Source: an uncultured bacterium
Lineage (GTDB): Bacteria; Chloroflexota; UBA5177; JANWHV01
NCBI GenBank assembly: GCA_963827235.1
Contig: CAWHAE010000020.1
Location: 96,001-160,000 of the forward strand
Direction: 5' to 3'
Length of the DNA: 64,000 nucleotides
Below, piece after piece: positions 9,894 through 22,357 of the stretch. The position numbers and the translations under genes were made by a program. Under the pieces are notes generated by a model. That model was not told the origin of the DNA. It made no database searches and saw nothing but the letters and a program-made list of their open reading frames with translations. Position 1 is the first letter of the stretch, and each line of letters begins with the position of its first letter.

Positions 9894-11132
9894 TCACAGT
9901 GCCGCGAGCGGGCACGTTTCACAGCGCCGCGCGCTGCAATGGCTGTTCCACACGTGCAGCAATCCTTGTTGCTCGATAGCGGTGCGCGGCGTGGCGCCAA
10001 TCCCCGTCAGGCGGACCATGCGCTCCAGCACTGCATTCTGGCCGCCTCCCGGCAGGCCGCTATACGCGCGCTCGGCACGGGCCGCCAGCCTCGCGTTCTG
10101 CGTATTGAGCGCCCAGGCGGCCACGAGCGGGAGAATTGTATTCGTTAGCGATTCCAGGCCCCACGACCGGCCGGGCAGGCGCCGATCGGTGCCGAGCAGG
10201 GAGAGCAACCTTCCGCATGTGGGTGGGGGCTCGACGTCAACGGCGCCGGCCGTGTCCGCAATGAGGTTGCCGAGCCCGGCCCGGGCTGCCAGGGCGGCAG
10301 CGTAGCGCAAACGGACCTCCGGCAGGTTCGATGGCCTGACTCGGAATCGCCGCCAGCTGCCCCGCGGCAGGGGCCGGCCAGGCCAGCAGTCGCGATAGGC
10401 GTGCCACAGCTCGCGGATCTCCGCGTCCACGTTGGCGCTCTCCAGCAATCCGGACATGCCGAGTAGCACCGCGGTGGCAACCGCCTCGGCACGGGGGCCT
10501 TTGGCCGCCATGAGCGCGTCCAGGGTCGCGCCGCCAACCGCGGCTGCCAGCGCCGCGCACGGCCCAGCATTCTTGCCGAGGCCGGCGCACTGGAGCAGGG
10601 CCAAGAGCGCGCAGTCCTCGACCGGCTTGCTCTGGAGCAGCGCCTGCCAGGTGACCACACGCCGATCGAATCGTGCCATTCCGGCATGGCGTAAGGCCTC
10701 AACCACTGCCCGCGTCGGTCGGCTCGCCCCGGCCGGGCGATAGCAGGGCGCCGCGCGCTCCCGCGGAGTGTCGCCGGCGGCGCGCCGAGCCAGAACAGGT
10801 CCGAGGGCAAGCAGCGGAATGGGCAGACCGCGGTGGGTGAAGGCTGGACCGCCGTCGTCCAGCAGAACGACGTGCAATATGACGCCATCGTATCTTGCAT
10901 CGTGCTGATGCCCGTGGCGCTCCCAGGAAGTTGCCTCGAGGTGCAGCTCGACGTCACCGCGGTGGGGCGGGTCGCGGTCGAAGGAGAGAAAGGCACCGAT
11001 GAAGTCGGGCCCGGCGTCGGTGTTTGCCACTCCGGGAAAGAGAACGTGCAGGGGACGACCGTCGCGCGTCTGAAGAGCGACCGGAATACGCTGGTCTTCC
11101 CAGATCCGCCACAGGTCCCGCTCGCTCTCTGG
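9894..11132 (-). CDS. DUF2851-like protein (start uncertain)
   Basis: PGVANTDAGPDF, GDVELH, WERHGH, VILHVV, RPSNLP, C-terminal QQGLL...CxxxRCxxC. The frame is open upstream of GTG 11030 but has no canonical start there. Confidence 0.75.
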   Translation of the reverse strand, partial: PESERDLWRIWEDQRIPVALQTRDGRPLHVLFPGVANTDAGPDFIGAFLSFDRDPPHRGDVELHLEATSWERHGHQHDARYDGVILHVVLLDDGGPAFTHRGLPIPLLALGPVLARRAAGDTPRERAAPCYRPAGASRPTRAVVEALRHAGMARFDRRVVTWQALLQSKPVEDCALLALLQCAGLGKNAGPCAALAAAVGGATLDALMAAKGPRAEAVATAVLLGMSGLLESANVDAEIRELWHAYRDCWPGRPLPRGSWRRFRVRPSNLPEVRLRYAAALAARAGLGNLIADTAGAVDVEPPPTCGRLLSLLGTDRRLPGRSWGLESLTNTILPLVAAWALNTQNARLAARAERAYSGLPGGGQNAVLERMVRLTGIGATPRTAIEQQGLLHVWNSHCSARRCETCPLAAL

Positions 11133-11278
11133 TGCCGTGTCGTGACGAAACGGGTGGTCCGCGGCCCGGCTCGCACGGGATGTCGCCGCGATCGCCGGAT
11201 TTGCGCGCCCGGAGCCGGCGCCTTCCCGCGCGGCGCTCCTCCTGCTGCCGGCGTCGGGCGCGCGGCTTGCACCATCGC

Positions 11279-13336
<2,058 letters not shown>

Positions 13337-13574
13337 CGGTTATTGCAGCGCCTCCTGCACCAGATTCTACCCGCCGGCGGCGGTTTCACGGAAGAACCTG
13401 GGCAGGACCAGCCCGGGCGAGCGAGTGGCACACCTGTCCGCGGCAACGGGACGTTGCTCAAAGCTCGCAGCCCAAGTGGACCTGCCTGCTCGCTCGATCC
13501 TTTCGGCCCGGTACGCGGGGGCCGCGCCGAGGATCGCTGCAGCATGTAGAATGTGCTCAGAGGAGGCCGCGCAG

Positions 13575-14144
13575 ATGGTCGCTCAGCAGCAGGGTCCCGT
13601 GTTCACGTACGAAGAGTACGATGAGTTCGAGCTGCACGCGGCCGAAAGGCACGAGTACCACGGGGGTTACGTGTTCGCTATGTCGGGCGGCACGCTGAAT
13701 CATAGCCAGATCAGCGGCAACGTGTATGCCCTGATTCGCGCCGTGGTGCGCGGCGGGCAGTGCAGAGCGTACACGGAAGCCGTGCGAGTGCACGCCACGA
13801 CCGGCGACGACGTGTATCCCGACGTGTCGGTGACCTGTGATCGAAGAGACGTTTCCGACATGCGCCGCCGTGTCATCGATCATCCTGCGTTGGTCGTGGA
13901 GGTGCTGTCTCCGTCGACCGCGGTCTACGATCAGACTGCCAAGTTCGAGCTATACAGGCAGATACCGGACCTGCGAGAGTACGTGCTGATCGACGGCATC
14001 GACTCGCGGCGGGTCGAGGTGCGTCGTAATGAGGGCTCGGGCACGTGGTCGACCACGCTGTATGCCGGGTCGGACGACGTCCATCTTGCGGCGATCGGCC
14101 TCACCATTCCGATGGGCGCGATCTACGAGGATACTGATCTCTAG
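13575..14144 (+). CDS. Uma2 family (DUF820) putative endonuclease
   Basis: RHEYHGGYVFAMSGGT, YPDVSVTCD, VEVLSPST, K...Y..IP.LREYVLID. AGGAGG at 13561. Confidence 0.9.
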   Translation: MVAQQQGPVFTYEEYDEFELHAAERHEYHGGYVFAMSGGTLNHSQISGNVYALIRAVVRGGQCRAYTEAVRVHATTGDDVYPDVSVTCDRRDVSDMRRRVIDHPALVVEVLSPSTAVYDQTAKFELYRQIPDLREYVLIDGIDSRRVEVRRNEGSGTWSTTLYAGSDDVHLAAIGLTIPMGAIYEDTDL

Positions 14145-14389
14145 CAGCCTGTCAACAGCGAAGGCTCACGCTCCCCGCCAGAACCGTCGGCGTCACGCTG
14201 CCTCGCGTACTCCGGTCCCAGGTCGTTGCCCTGGTACGACGAATGCCGGTCGAGAGACTACAAGCCGGCGACCGCGTCTCGTCCAGGGCGTCACGTGCGG
14301 ATATAGTGCCCCTCCTTGCCTGGACGGGATCCCGGAGACTCGGTCGATCCCACGTTCGTAGTGTCGACGGCTATCTACCTTGCGGTGAC

Positions 14390-14434
14390 AAGGAAAGAGC
14401 CGCGGGTCTGCTCGTAAGGGCAGCCTCGCGGCTC
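14390..14434 (-). terminator. Intrinsic terminator of the FG-GAP gene
   Basis: Minus strand GAGCCGCGAGGCTGCCC-TTAC-GAGCAGACCCGCGGCTC followed by TTTCCTT. Confidence 0.7.
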
Positions 14435-14462
14435 AGGGTTTTGTTGTTGGCTTGTGTCGAGG

Positions 14463-16196
14463 TCAGCGCACCTGGAAGTCGTCGAGAAGGGTGTAGGCGT
14501 TGTCCACGTTGACCAGCTTGATCGTGTGCAAGCCTGTGGGCAATCCCGTCATCTTGAAGAGTATCTGGCCACCCTTGTTGCCGGCGGTCGTGTTGCCGGC
14601 GTTCACGGTCTTCTTGAGCGTGCCGTCTAGGTAGATGGCGACCGAGCCGTAGCCCACGCTCAGCTCAGAGACGTACGCGATGCCGGTACCGCTGAAGGTG
14701 TAGGTGAGGGAGTCACCCGGCACGTAGGTGGCATGCACGTCATTGTCGAAGTCGTTGAAGCCGAGCGGCCGGCCCGCGAAGTATGTCCAGACCCCCGTGT
14801 ACACGATGCTCGGGTCGTTGTCGTTGATCGTGGCGGCAATCTTCACCGGGCTCGGCGCCTTGCTGCCGATCTGGGCGGTGAACGCCGCGCCCATGTAGTT
14901 GTTGCCATAGATGGCGGCGATCACTGCCGTGTTCCCGTCCGTGGCCGCGGCCGAGCCGAGGCCCAGGGCGCCGGCCCGAGTGAGCTTCGACGTCTGCACC
15001 AGGCTGATTCCGCTCGTGGCCAGCGCGGAGCCGGGAACAGGCGCGGCCTGGACGGGCTGCGGCACGGTCGTCTGTGCGAACACGTAGGCGGCGTTGGCGC
15101 CGTAGGCACCGATCACTGCGTCGGCCTGGCCCGCCGAGGTGCCCAGCGAGACCGAGCCACCGAACTGGTCGAGTGCGGCGGCATCGCTCGCCTGAAGTGT
15201 GATGGGCGTTCGCCACAAGGTGCCGCTCTGCGTGTACAGGTACGCCTTGCCGTTGCCGGCGCCATTCTTGTCGAAGGGCGCGCCGATCAGGGCCAGACCG
15301 CCGTCGACCGAGATGGACGTGCCGAAGGAGGCGCCGGTGGTCGGTGATGGGGCAGTGAGCTTGGCCTGCTCGGCCCAGCCGGCGCCGCCCTTGAGCGACA
15401 TTCCAGTGCTGGCGAAGACGTAAGCGGCACCAGCCGACTGGTTGACTATGACGCTGTCATTCTGCTTGGAGGTAACGGTGGCTCCCGGGGCTCCGACCAA
15501 TGCGTTGGTTCCGCTGATCGAGACCGATACTCCAAGGTTGTCCTGCGGCTGCCCGTCGTCGGCGAGCACGTTCTTGGCCAGCTGCCACTGGCCCGGGCGG
15601 ATCTCGTGGAAGAGCCAGGCCTCGCCGGTGTTGGAGTTGAACCCGGGAGCACCGAGCAGAGCGTCCGCGCCGTCGTAGGCTACCGACTCGCCGAGCTTAT
15701 CGCCGGCGAGCCCGCAGCCGATGGTGCCCGTTGGGCTCCAGGCCGTGCCCGACCGATCGAACTCGAACACGGCGCCCGTTTGCTGGCCAGTCGATCCGTT
15801 GCAGTCGGTGGCAACATGCGCCGGGTCTCCCACGAGAATGGTATCGCCGTAGATCGCAACTGACGTGCCGAATTGATCGCTGGAGGCAGTCGACGGATCC
15901 GCTAGGCGTGCCTGCTCAGCCCATCCGGTCGAGGTCTTGACGAACACGTAGGCGGAGTTGTCTCCAATGGAACCGACGACGGCCGTGTTGCCGCTGACGG
16001 CAAGCGAGTTGGCGGTACGCGCGTAGGCGCTGATGTTGAGTGTTGCGGGCTCGAGCTGCGTGAGGGCTGGAACTGTGGCGCGCGGCGCGGCGGCATCGGC
16101 CTGGGACAGAGTCACCAACAAAAGTGGTACCGCGAGGAACGCTGCTCCGAATAATCGTCCGGCGGACTTTGCGGAGTGAGTGGAGGGTGTGATCAT
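14463..16196 (-). CDS. Secreted FG-GAP-repeat beta-propeller protein with C-terminal carbohydrate-binding-like beta-sandwich
   Basis: Signal peptide ending ADA. Repeats DQFGTSVAIYGD, DKLGESVAYDG, DNLGVSVSISG, SFGTSISVDG, DQFGGSVSLG. C-terminal INDNDPSIVYTGVW...YTFSGTGI...IYLDG. Confidence 0.82.
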   Translation of the reverse strand: MITPSTHSAKSAGRLFGAAFLAVPLLLVTLSQADAAAPRATVPALTQLEPATLNISAYARTANSLAVSGNTAVVGSIGDNSAYVFVKTSTGWAEQARLADPSTASSDQFGTSVAIYGDTILVGDPAHVATDCNGSTGQQTGAVFEFDRSGTAWSPTGTIGCGLAGDKLGESVAYDGADALLGAPGFNSNTGEAWLFHEIRPGQWQLAKNVLADDGQPQDNLGVSVSISGTNALVGAPGATVTSKQNDSVIVNQSAGAAYVFASTGMSLKGGAGWAEQAKLTAPSPTTGASFGTSISVDGGLALIGAPFDKNGAGNGKAYLYTQSGTLWRTPITLQASDAAALDQFGGSVSLGTSAGQADAVIGAYGANAAYVFAQTTVPQPVQAAPVPGSALATSGISLVQTSKLTRAGALGLGSAAATDGNTAVIAAIYGNNYMGAAFTAQIGSKAPSPVKIAATINDNDPSIVYTGVWTYFAGRPLGFNDFDNDVHATYVPGDSLTYTFSGTGIAYVSELSVGYGSVAIYLDGTLKKTVNAGNTTAGNKGGQILFKMTGLPTGLHTIKLVNVDNAYTLLDDFQVR

Positions 16197-16563
16197 TGTG
16201 CTGCTGTCCTTCTAGTCTGGAAGCTGTCTTCATTGCTATTCGTGGCGGGCGGCGGGCGGTCCGCCGGGCCCGCTGCGCCGTGTGACTGGGTCGGCCGCCC
16301 CGTCACATTCACGAGTATGGGCCTTCAAGAGGGCGCGAGCCATGGACAGTGGCCGCACAATACACGGACAAGGACCCGTACACCGGCTCGACGTACTGAC
16401 CGCGCGCTCTCGTCCGCTACGGTCTCAGCACGTCGCCTCGGGCCGGTCTCGGGCGCCGCTGCACTCATGCGGGTGAGGAGCGCGGACGACTGCAGTACCA
16501 TTGGACTGGCGTCACGGGCCGCAGTGCCCTTCTGCTACCTCAAGGCCGCGGGTTGTAGGGGAC

Positions 16564-17508
16564 CTACTCTCGCACTGCGCCTGCGACCAGACCTCGCACC
16601 AGGTGGCGCTGCACGAGCAGCGCAAAGACGAAGATGGGGCCGGCGATCAGCACGCATGCTGCGGATAGGTTGCCCCACACGACGACGTGGGCACTGAGGA
16701 ACAGCGAGGCGGCAACGGGAGCAGTGCGCGCGTTCTCCGACGTCAGGGTGACGGCGAACAAGAACTCGTTCCAGTTGAACAGCAGGCTGAGGATGGTGGT
16801 GGCTGCCAGGCCCGGTGCCACCAGGGGTAGCGTGATCCTTGTCAACGCTCCCAGCCGGCTGCAGCCGTCGATCTGCGCGCATTCCTCTAGCGCGGCCGGT
16901 ACGTCTGTAATGAATCCGCGCATCATCCAGATCACCAGCGAAAGGCTAAAGGATAGGTAGAGCACGATCAGGCCGATGAAGGTGTCGATCAGATGGATCT
17001 TGCTGTAGAGCACGAAAACGGGGACCAGGATGCCAAGTGGGGGCAGAATGCGGGTAGCCAGGATGGCCATCGCCAGCACGCCCCGGCCCGGGAATCGGAA
17101 ACGGGCCAGCACGTAGGCGGCAGGCGCACCAAGTATCAGCGCCAGTCCTGTGGACGCGATGCCTATCACGAAGCTGTGCAGCAGGTCGGCGGTGAAGTCG
17201 GGCACGGCCACGGCAGTCTGGAAGGATGCACTGCCTCGTAGCACGTTGATGTAGTTGTCGAGCGTGGGATGAAAAGCGATCAGGTGCGGAGGCAGGGTGG
17301 CCACGTCGCTCTGCCGCTTGAACGAGGTGGTTACGATCCAGTAGATCGGGAACAGGAAGACGACCAGCACGACAAGCACGACTAACCGCACGAGGGTGTT
17401 GACTGCGGCCTGCCTGCCGCTCCGCCCATTTACATTGTGCCGCAGCCACCGGCCAATCGGAGACTCGCCGGCGACAACCAGGGGCGCGGTGCCGGAATTG
17501 TCGCTCAC
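16564..17508 (-). CDS. Carbohydrate ABC transporter permease (MalG-like)
   Basis: EECAQIDGCS loop, WNEFLFA, QRHLVRGL. GTG start overlaps the upstream stop. Confidence 0.92.
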   Translation of the reverse strand: MSDNSGTAPLVVAGESPIGRWLRHNVNGRSGRQAAVNTLVRLVVLVVLVVFLFPIYWIVTTSFKRQSDVATLPPHLIAFHPTLDNYINVLRGSASFQTAVAVPDFTADLLHSFVIGIASTGLALILGAPAAYVLARFRFPGRGVLAMAILATRILPPLGILVPVFVLYSKIHLIDTFIGLIVLYLSFSLSLVIWMMRGFITDVPAALEECAQIDGCSRLGALTRITLPLVAPGLAATTILSLLFNWNEFLFAVTLTSENARTAPVAASLFLSAHVVVWGNLSAACVLIAGPIFVFALLVQRHLVRGLVAGAVRE

Positions 17509-18437
17509 GCCGAATCCCTCCGCATCAACAGGACGGTGGCCGTGCAGAAGACGGTGACGGTGACCAACATGATTACGCTGAGCGCAGCACCGTATCCGAA
17601 ATTGAACCAGCGGAACGACTGGAAGTAGCTGTACAGCGTCATGGTCTGTGTCGCTGTGCCGGGGCCGCCGTTCGTCAGCACCCAGATGATGTCGAAGGTG
17701 TCGAATGCGTCGATGGCCCGGAATATCACGGCAACCAGGATCACATTGCGCATGAACGGCAGCGTGAGCAGCCGGAACGTGGCCAGGCGGCTGGCGCCGT
17801 CCACGCGCGCCGCTTCGAACGGTTCGACCGGCATGGACTGCAATCCTGCCGTGAGCAGGAGGAACATGAACGGCGTCCACTGCCACACGTCGACCGTGAT
17901 GACCGAGGCAAGTGCGAGGCGACTGCTGTTGAGCCAGTCCGGCTGGCCCAGCCCGAGCTGCGACAGAATGTAGTCGAAGTAGCCGTAGGTGGGCCCATAA
18001 AGCATGCGCCAGGCCAGGCCCACGATCACGGGGGTCATGGACATGGGCAGCAGCATCAGAGTGCGCACCAGTCCCAGCCCGCGAAGCTTCCGATTCAGCA
18101 GCAGGGCGAGGGCAAAACCGAGCAGGAACTCGGTCAGCACGGCACCGCTCGTGAAGATTCCGGTGGTGCGGACGCTGTCCCAGAACATGGGATCTTCTTT
18201 GATCAGCCGGTAGTTGTCTAGGCCGATAAAGTTGCCGTTCGGCGAGGTGGAGTTGACGCCGTAGTCGGTCAGGCTCAACCAGATCACGTAGCCGATCGGG
18301 AAGAGAGTGAGCGCCGCCAGCACAACAACTGCCGGCCCAAGCATGAACACCGGCAGGAGCCGGTCGGATCGTCGTCCACGACGACCCGACCGCGCATTAT
18401 CCTTGCTGAGCGCGGCTGGCCGCGACCCGATTGCCAA
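17505..18437 (-). CDS. Carbohydrate ABC transporter permease (MalF-like)
   Basis: FIGLDNY, DVWQWTPF, EAARVDGA, LTNGGPG. TTG start after an AGGA RBS is inferred. Confidence 0.92.
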   Translation of the reverse strand: MAIGSRPAALSKDNARSGRRGRRSDRLLPVFMLGPAVVVLAALTLFPIGYVIWLSLTDYGVNSTSPNGNFIGLDNYRLIKEDPMFWDSVRTTGIFTSGAVLTEFLLGFALALLLNRKLRGLGLVRTLMLLPMSMTPVIVGLAWRMLYGPTYGYFDYILSQLGLGQPDWLNSSRLALASVITVDVWQWTPFMFLLLTAGLQSMPVEPFEAARVDGASRLATFRLLTLPFMRNVILVAVIFRAIDAFDTFDIIWVLTNGGPGTATQTMTLYSYFQSFRWFNFGYGAALSVIMLVTVTVFCTATVLLMRRDSA

Positions 18438-18662
18438 TGTCCTACGTCCTTCGCTACCGGCGCCGGATTGTCTCCAGGACTGTGCCGATGTCACCAACCA
18501 CAATGCCAGCCACGTCACTGCCTCCGCGGCACCGTGCCCGCGATACCCTGGCGGCGACCGCCACGGCACTGCACTGCGCCCGCCCGCCCGGTGGACCGGA
18601 GGGCACCGCGATCGCCACTACCCCGAACGGTAGCCGGCGCCGGCTCGCCCTTGGCACGTCGT

Positions 18663-20048
18663 TCAGTGAATATAGTGGCCCATGCGAAGCTGCAGAAGGA
18701 TATCGTTCTGGGCCGAGTCGAGGGCATCCTTTGCCGACGCGGAGCCCGAGATCGCTTCCTGAACGGCGATACTGATCCGATCTCCCATCTGGAGCCATCC
18801 CGCGAAACGAGGCCTGAACTCGGGATTGGCAAGGGAGAGCGACCTCCGCACGACCGGCAGCCACTCGCCGTTGGCAATCTTCTTCGAGGCGGCGACCACG
18901 CGCGGATCGCTCCACAGCGACGTCCGATTGGTGATCGGCGTCATGTTCAGCTTGGAGAGCATGACCGGCGCGCTGTTGGCCCATTGCACGAACAGCCAGG
19001 CGGCATCTTTGTGGGATGACTTGGCGTTGATGCCGAGCAGCCAGGAGAACTCGGAAGGCCACGTTCCTCCCGGCCCGCCGGGAACCACGCCCGCGCCCCA
19101 TTTGCCGACGGTCTTGGACGCACTGGGATCCTCCAGCGAAGGCCCGTTGTCGAAGGTGTCGAGAATGGAAGCTATCTGGCCCTGGGCTGCGCCGGTGTCG
19201 ACCTCGTTCCATCCCATGCTGGCCGCTCCGGGAGGACCGTACTTGTTGAGTGTGTCGACCATCCATTGCGTGGCCGCGACGTTGCCTGCTGAGTTGACGG
19301 TCGGGGTGAGGTCGGTGGGAAAGTTCTTGAAGAAGCCGCCGCCAAAGGCTCGCGCGATAGACGTCCACCTGTAGACGTTCTGATCCTGCCCTTTCAGGCC
19401 GATCAGTCCGATGCCGTAGATGTGGTGCGCTTTGTCGGTGACCTTCGCGGCGTCGGCAGCCCACTCGGCGTATGTCGCCGGCGGGTGCGTGATGCCGGCC
19501 TTGGCGAACAGGTCCTTGCGGTAGAACACCATCGAGGTTTCCGGGTACTCGGGCAGCGCGTAGGTGGTGGCATTGATCACGCCAAGAGGGACGAACTTCG
19601 GCAGGATGTCTCCGGCGTTGAACCACTTCGCGTCGGTCAGCTTGCTGTTGCCGAGGTACGGTGTCAGCGGCTCCAGATAGTTGAGCCGCACCCACTGTGG
19701 GACGACCATGGAGTCGATCTGCATGACGTCGATCGTGCCGGCACCAGATACCAGATCGGTGAGGTTCTTCTGCGTGACGTCTTCGTACTTCTGATAGTTG
19801 ACGTTGATTCCGGTGAGGCGGTGAAACAGATCGATATGCTGGTGCAGCGCATCGGTGTCCAGCTGGTCGGTCATCGCCACGTTGATCGACTGCCCGGCGA
19901 ACTGTCTCCAGTTGATGTGCGCCGACAGGTAGGGTGCCAGGTCACTGGTCGCCGCGTGAGTGACCGGCGCCGCCGGCAGAACCATCGCCGTGAAAGCGCC
20001 GAGCATGAAGACCCTGAGCATCAGCCTGCGAGATAGACTGCCCCCCAT
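18663..20048 (-). CDS. Sugar ABC transporter substrate-binding protein
   Basis: Signal peptide with SRRLML, FYRKDLFAKAG, DAAWLFVQWA; adjacent to two permeases. Confidence 0.9.
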   Translation of the reverse strand: MGGSLSRRLMLRVFMLGAFTAMVLPAAPVTHAATSDLAPYLSAHINWRQFAGQSINVAMTDQLDTDALHQHIDLFHRLTGINVNYQKYEDVTQKNLTDLVSGAGTIDVMQIDSMVVPQWVRLNYLEPLTPYLGNSKLTDAKWFNAGDILPKFVPLGVINATTYALPEYPETSMVFYRKDLFAKAGITHPPATYAEWAADAAKVTDKAHHIYGIGLIGLKGQDQNVYRWTSIARAFGGGFFKNFPTDLTPTVNSAGNVAATQWMVDTLNKYGPPGAASMGWNEVDTGAAQGQIASILDTFDNGPSLEDPSASKTVGKWGAGVVPGGPGGTWPSEFSWLLGINAKSSHKDAAWLFVQWANSAPVMLSKLNMTPITNRTSLWSDPRVVAASKKIANGEWLPVVRRSLSLANPEFRPRFAGWLQMGDRISIAVQEAISGSASAKDALDSAQNDILLQLRMGHYIH

Positions 20049-20253
20049 GTTCCTCTTTACCCCCTTCGCTCTGAGCCGCCGCCGAGAAGGCATTTCCGCG
20101 ATATCCGCGCTCTCGGACGGCCATTGCACTGCCCTGACTTAGGGCTGAAACGCTCGGCGTCGATAGCCGCACCGCGCGTCGGCGCGCATGACGTGGGGTC
20201 GCCCGCGAGACTCCCGTGTCGACCTGCGAGGGCTCGCCACAGTGTGCCAATAG

Positions 20254-20270
20254 TTTATAATGATATTATA
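20254..20270. promoter_or_regulatory. Palindromic AT-rich site, candidate GntR operator and/or -10 element in a divergent promoter
   Basis: TATAAT-GAT-ATTATA at 20256-20270. The core TTATAATGA recurs near 23873 and 27045. Confidence 0.6.
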
Positions 20271-20410
20271 GCGAGTGTCCAGGCGAGTGCTGTCAAGAAA
20301 CGGATCCGCCGGTGCCGCGGAGCTCTTGCCGCGCGAACGCCTGCAGGTCGCCGGTGGGGCCGCGCGGGCTTACCCCTCCGGCGTAATACCCTAGAGCCCC
20401 TTGTGGAGGA

Positions 20411-21583
20411 ATGATGACGGGCCCTGCCGCGGCAGTCGCTCCCGACGCCGTATTGTCTCACCTCGCCGACCTCGTGCGCATTAACTCCATCAACCCGCTG
20501 CTCGTGGCCGGCGCTCCCGGTGAGGCCGCAATCGCTGCCCACGTGGCGGCCTGGGCCAGATCGCGTGGCCTCGAGGTGGCGACACCGGAGGTGGCTCCCG
20601 GCCGGCCCAACGCAATCGTCCGCCTCAGGGGCACCGGCGGCGGTCGAACGCTGATCCTCAACGTGCATATGGATACCGTGGGTGTGGACGGCATGACCAT
20701 ACCTCCCTTCGATCCGCGCATAGACAACGGTCGCATGTATGGCCGCGGCAGCGGAGACACGAAGGCCTCGCTGGCCGCTATGATCGGTGCCATCGAGGCG
20801 CTGCAGCGCAGCGGCTCGAATCTGCGCGGCGATGTCGTGCTGGCCGGGGTTGCCGACGAGGAGTATAGCTCCCTTGGTAGCGAGCACATGGCCCGCACGG
20901 AGAAGGCGGACGGCTGCATTATGGGCGAGAGCAGCAGCTTGAACCGCCTCGTGGCCCATCAGGGATTTGCCTGGTACGAGATCCAGACCATCGGCCGCGC
21001 GGCGCACGGCATGTTTCCCGACCAGGGCATCGATGCCATCTCTGCCATGGGCAAGGTGCTACCCGAGCTCGATCGCCTGGACCGCGAGGTGTGGAGCAAG
21101 AACGTGCATCCACTGGCCGGCCGCTGCGTTTTCCACAACGGTACCATCCGGGGCGGCGTCGAGCCGGGCATCTATCCCGCCGACTGCAGTCTGCAGATCG
21201 AGATTGGCTGCAACCCCGGTGAGACGATGGCGAACAGGAAGGTTGAGCTCGAGGCAGTCCTGGCACGGCTGGCCGCGCAGGATGCGAAGTTCCGGGCGCG
21301 GATCGTCACGCTCGTCGAGCGCGAGCCGTTCGAGAGCAATCCCGATGCGGCGGTGACCACGATCCTGGGCCAGTGCGTGCGAGAGATCGCAGGTATGGAA
21401 TCGCCGCTGGTGGGCGAGAACGCCTGGATGGACGCGGCCCTCGTGGAGGCAGCCGGCATCCCGACCGTCGTCTTTGGGCCGGCAGGCGGCGGTTATCATG
21501 GAGCGGTAGAGTGGGTCGATACTGAGCAGGTCGTGCTGGCGGCACGCGTCCTGGCGGAGACGGCCGCGCGGTTCTGTGCGTGA
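20411..21583 (+). CDS. M20 family metallohydrolase (ArgE/DapE-like deacylase)
   Basis: HMDTV, GRGSGDTK, ADEE, GE, GGGYHG metal-ligand pattern. Confidence 0.9.
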   Translation: MMTGPAAAVAPDAVLSHLADLVRINSINPLLVAGAPGEAAIAAHVAAWARSRGLEVATPEVAPGRPNAIVRLRGTGGGRTLILNVHMDTVGVDGMTIPPFDPRIDNGRMYGRGSGDTKASLAAMIGAIEALQRSGSNLRGDVVLAGVADEEYSSLGSEHMARTEKADGCIMGESSSLNRLVAHQGFAWYEIQTIGRAAHGMFPDQGIDAISAMGKVLPELDRLDREVWSKNVHPLAGRCVFHNGTIRGGVEPGIYPADCSLQIEIGCNPGETMANRKVELEAVLARLAAQDAKFRARIVTLVEREPFESNPDAAVTTILGQCVREIAGMESPLVGENAWMDAALVEAAGIPTVVFGPAGGGYHGAVEWVDTEQVVLAARVLAETAARFCA

Positions 21584-22357
21584 GTGCCGATGACTAAGTA
21601 CCAGCGAACCATGGGTCTCATTCTGCGCCTGATCGATGAGCAGGGGCTGATGCCGGGTGATCGGCTGCCGACCGAGGCCGAGCTCGCGAATATCGCCGGT
21701 GTCAGCATGATCACTCTGCGACGGGCGATAGGCGACCTGGTGGCTCGCGGGGTGCTGATTCGCCGGCAGGGTCGGGGCACATTTGTGGCGCGAGAGCGCA
21801 TCATGAGCCGTGTGGCGCAGCCCGGCCCGTTGAAGGCCGGGATCGGCGACGGAAACCTGGACCTGACGAGCGCCGTGGTGCGCTTCGCACGCAGAGAGTG
21901 CCCGGAGCGTGCCGCCCACTACCTTTCGGTCGAGCCGGGATCGTCGTGCTGGGAGATCGTGCGCACGCGCGGCACAAATGGCATTCCGCTGCTTATCGAT
22001 CTCGCAATCGTGCCGGCCCAGCAGGCCCCGCTCCTGCGGGCCTCCGACCTCGAGGGTCAGGTATCCCTCTACCAGACACTGGAAGACCAGTACGGCCTGG
22101 TCGACGCGCGGGACGAACAGGTCTTGTCGGTCGTCAATCCGCTGGAGGAGGAGCGGGAGCTTCTCGGACTGGGTCCGGACTCCCGTCTGGTGGCCGTGGA
22201 GGGCGCCTCGTTCACCGCGGAAAATGTAGCCTTCGCCTATTTCCGGCTGTTATTCGACGCGGCCCGTTTCGCGTTTCGTATCGGCGGAGAGCGTGCCCTC
22301 CTGGTACCGGTGCCGCGCGACGAGACCGCTCCTCAACCTTGGATAGCTGCTTGGTAA
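21584..22357 (+). CDS. GntR family transcriptional regulator (HutC/UTRA type)
   Basis: PGDRLPTEAELA...VSMITLRRA...RRQGRGTFV, followed by a UTRA-like domain containing SLY..LE..YG. Confidence 0.92.
   Translation: MPMTKYQRTMGLILRLIDEQGLMPGDRLPTEAELANIAGVSMITLRRAIGDLVARGVLIRRQGRGTFVARERIMSRVAQPGPLKAGIGDGNLDLTSAVVRFARRECPERAAHYLSVEPGSSCWEIVRTRGTNGIPLLIDLAIVPAQQAPLLRASDLEGQVSLYQTLEDQYGLVDARDEQVLSVVNPLEEERELLGLGPDSRLVAVEGASFTAENVAFAYFRLLFDAARFAFRIGGERALLVPVPRDETAPQPWIAAW

Noticed and set aside
13575-14144. Uma2 protein as an anti-phage or restriction system
   Set aside because: It is a solitary gene of a family often highly expanded in such genomes, with no methylase or defence neighbours.
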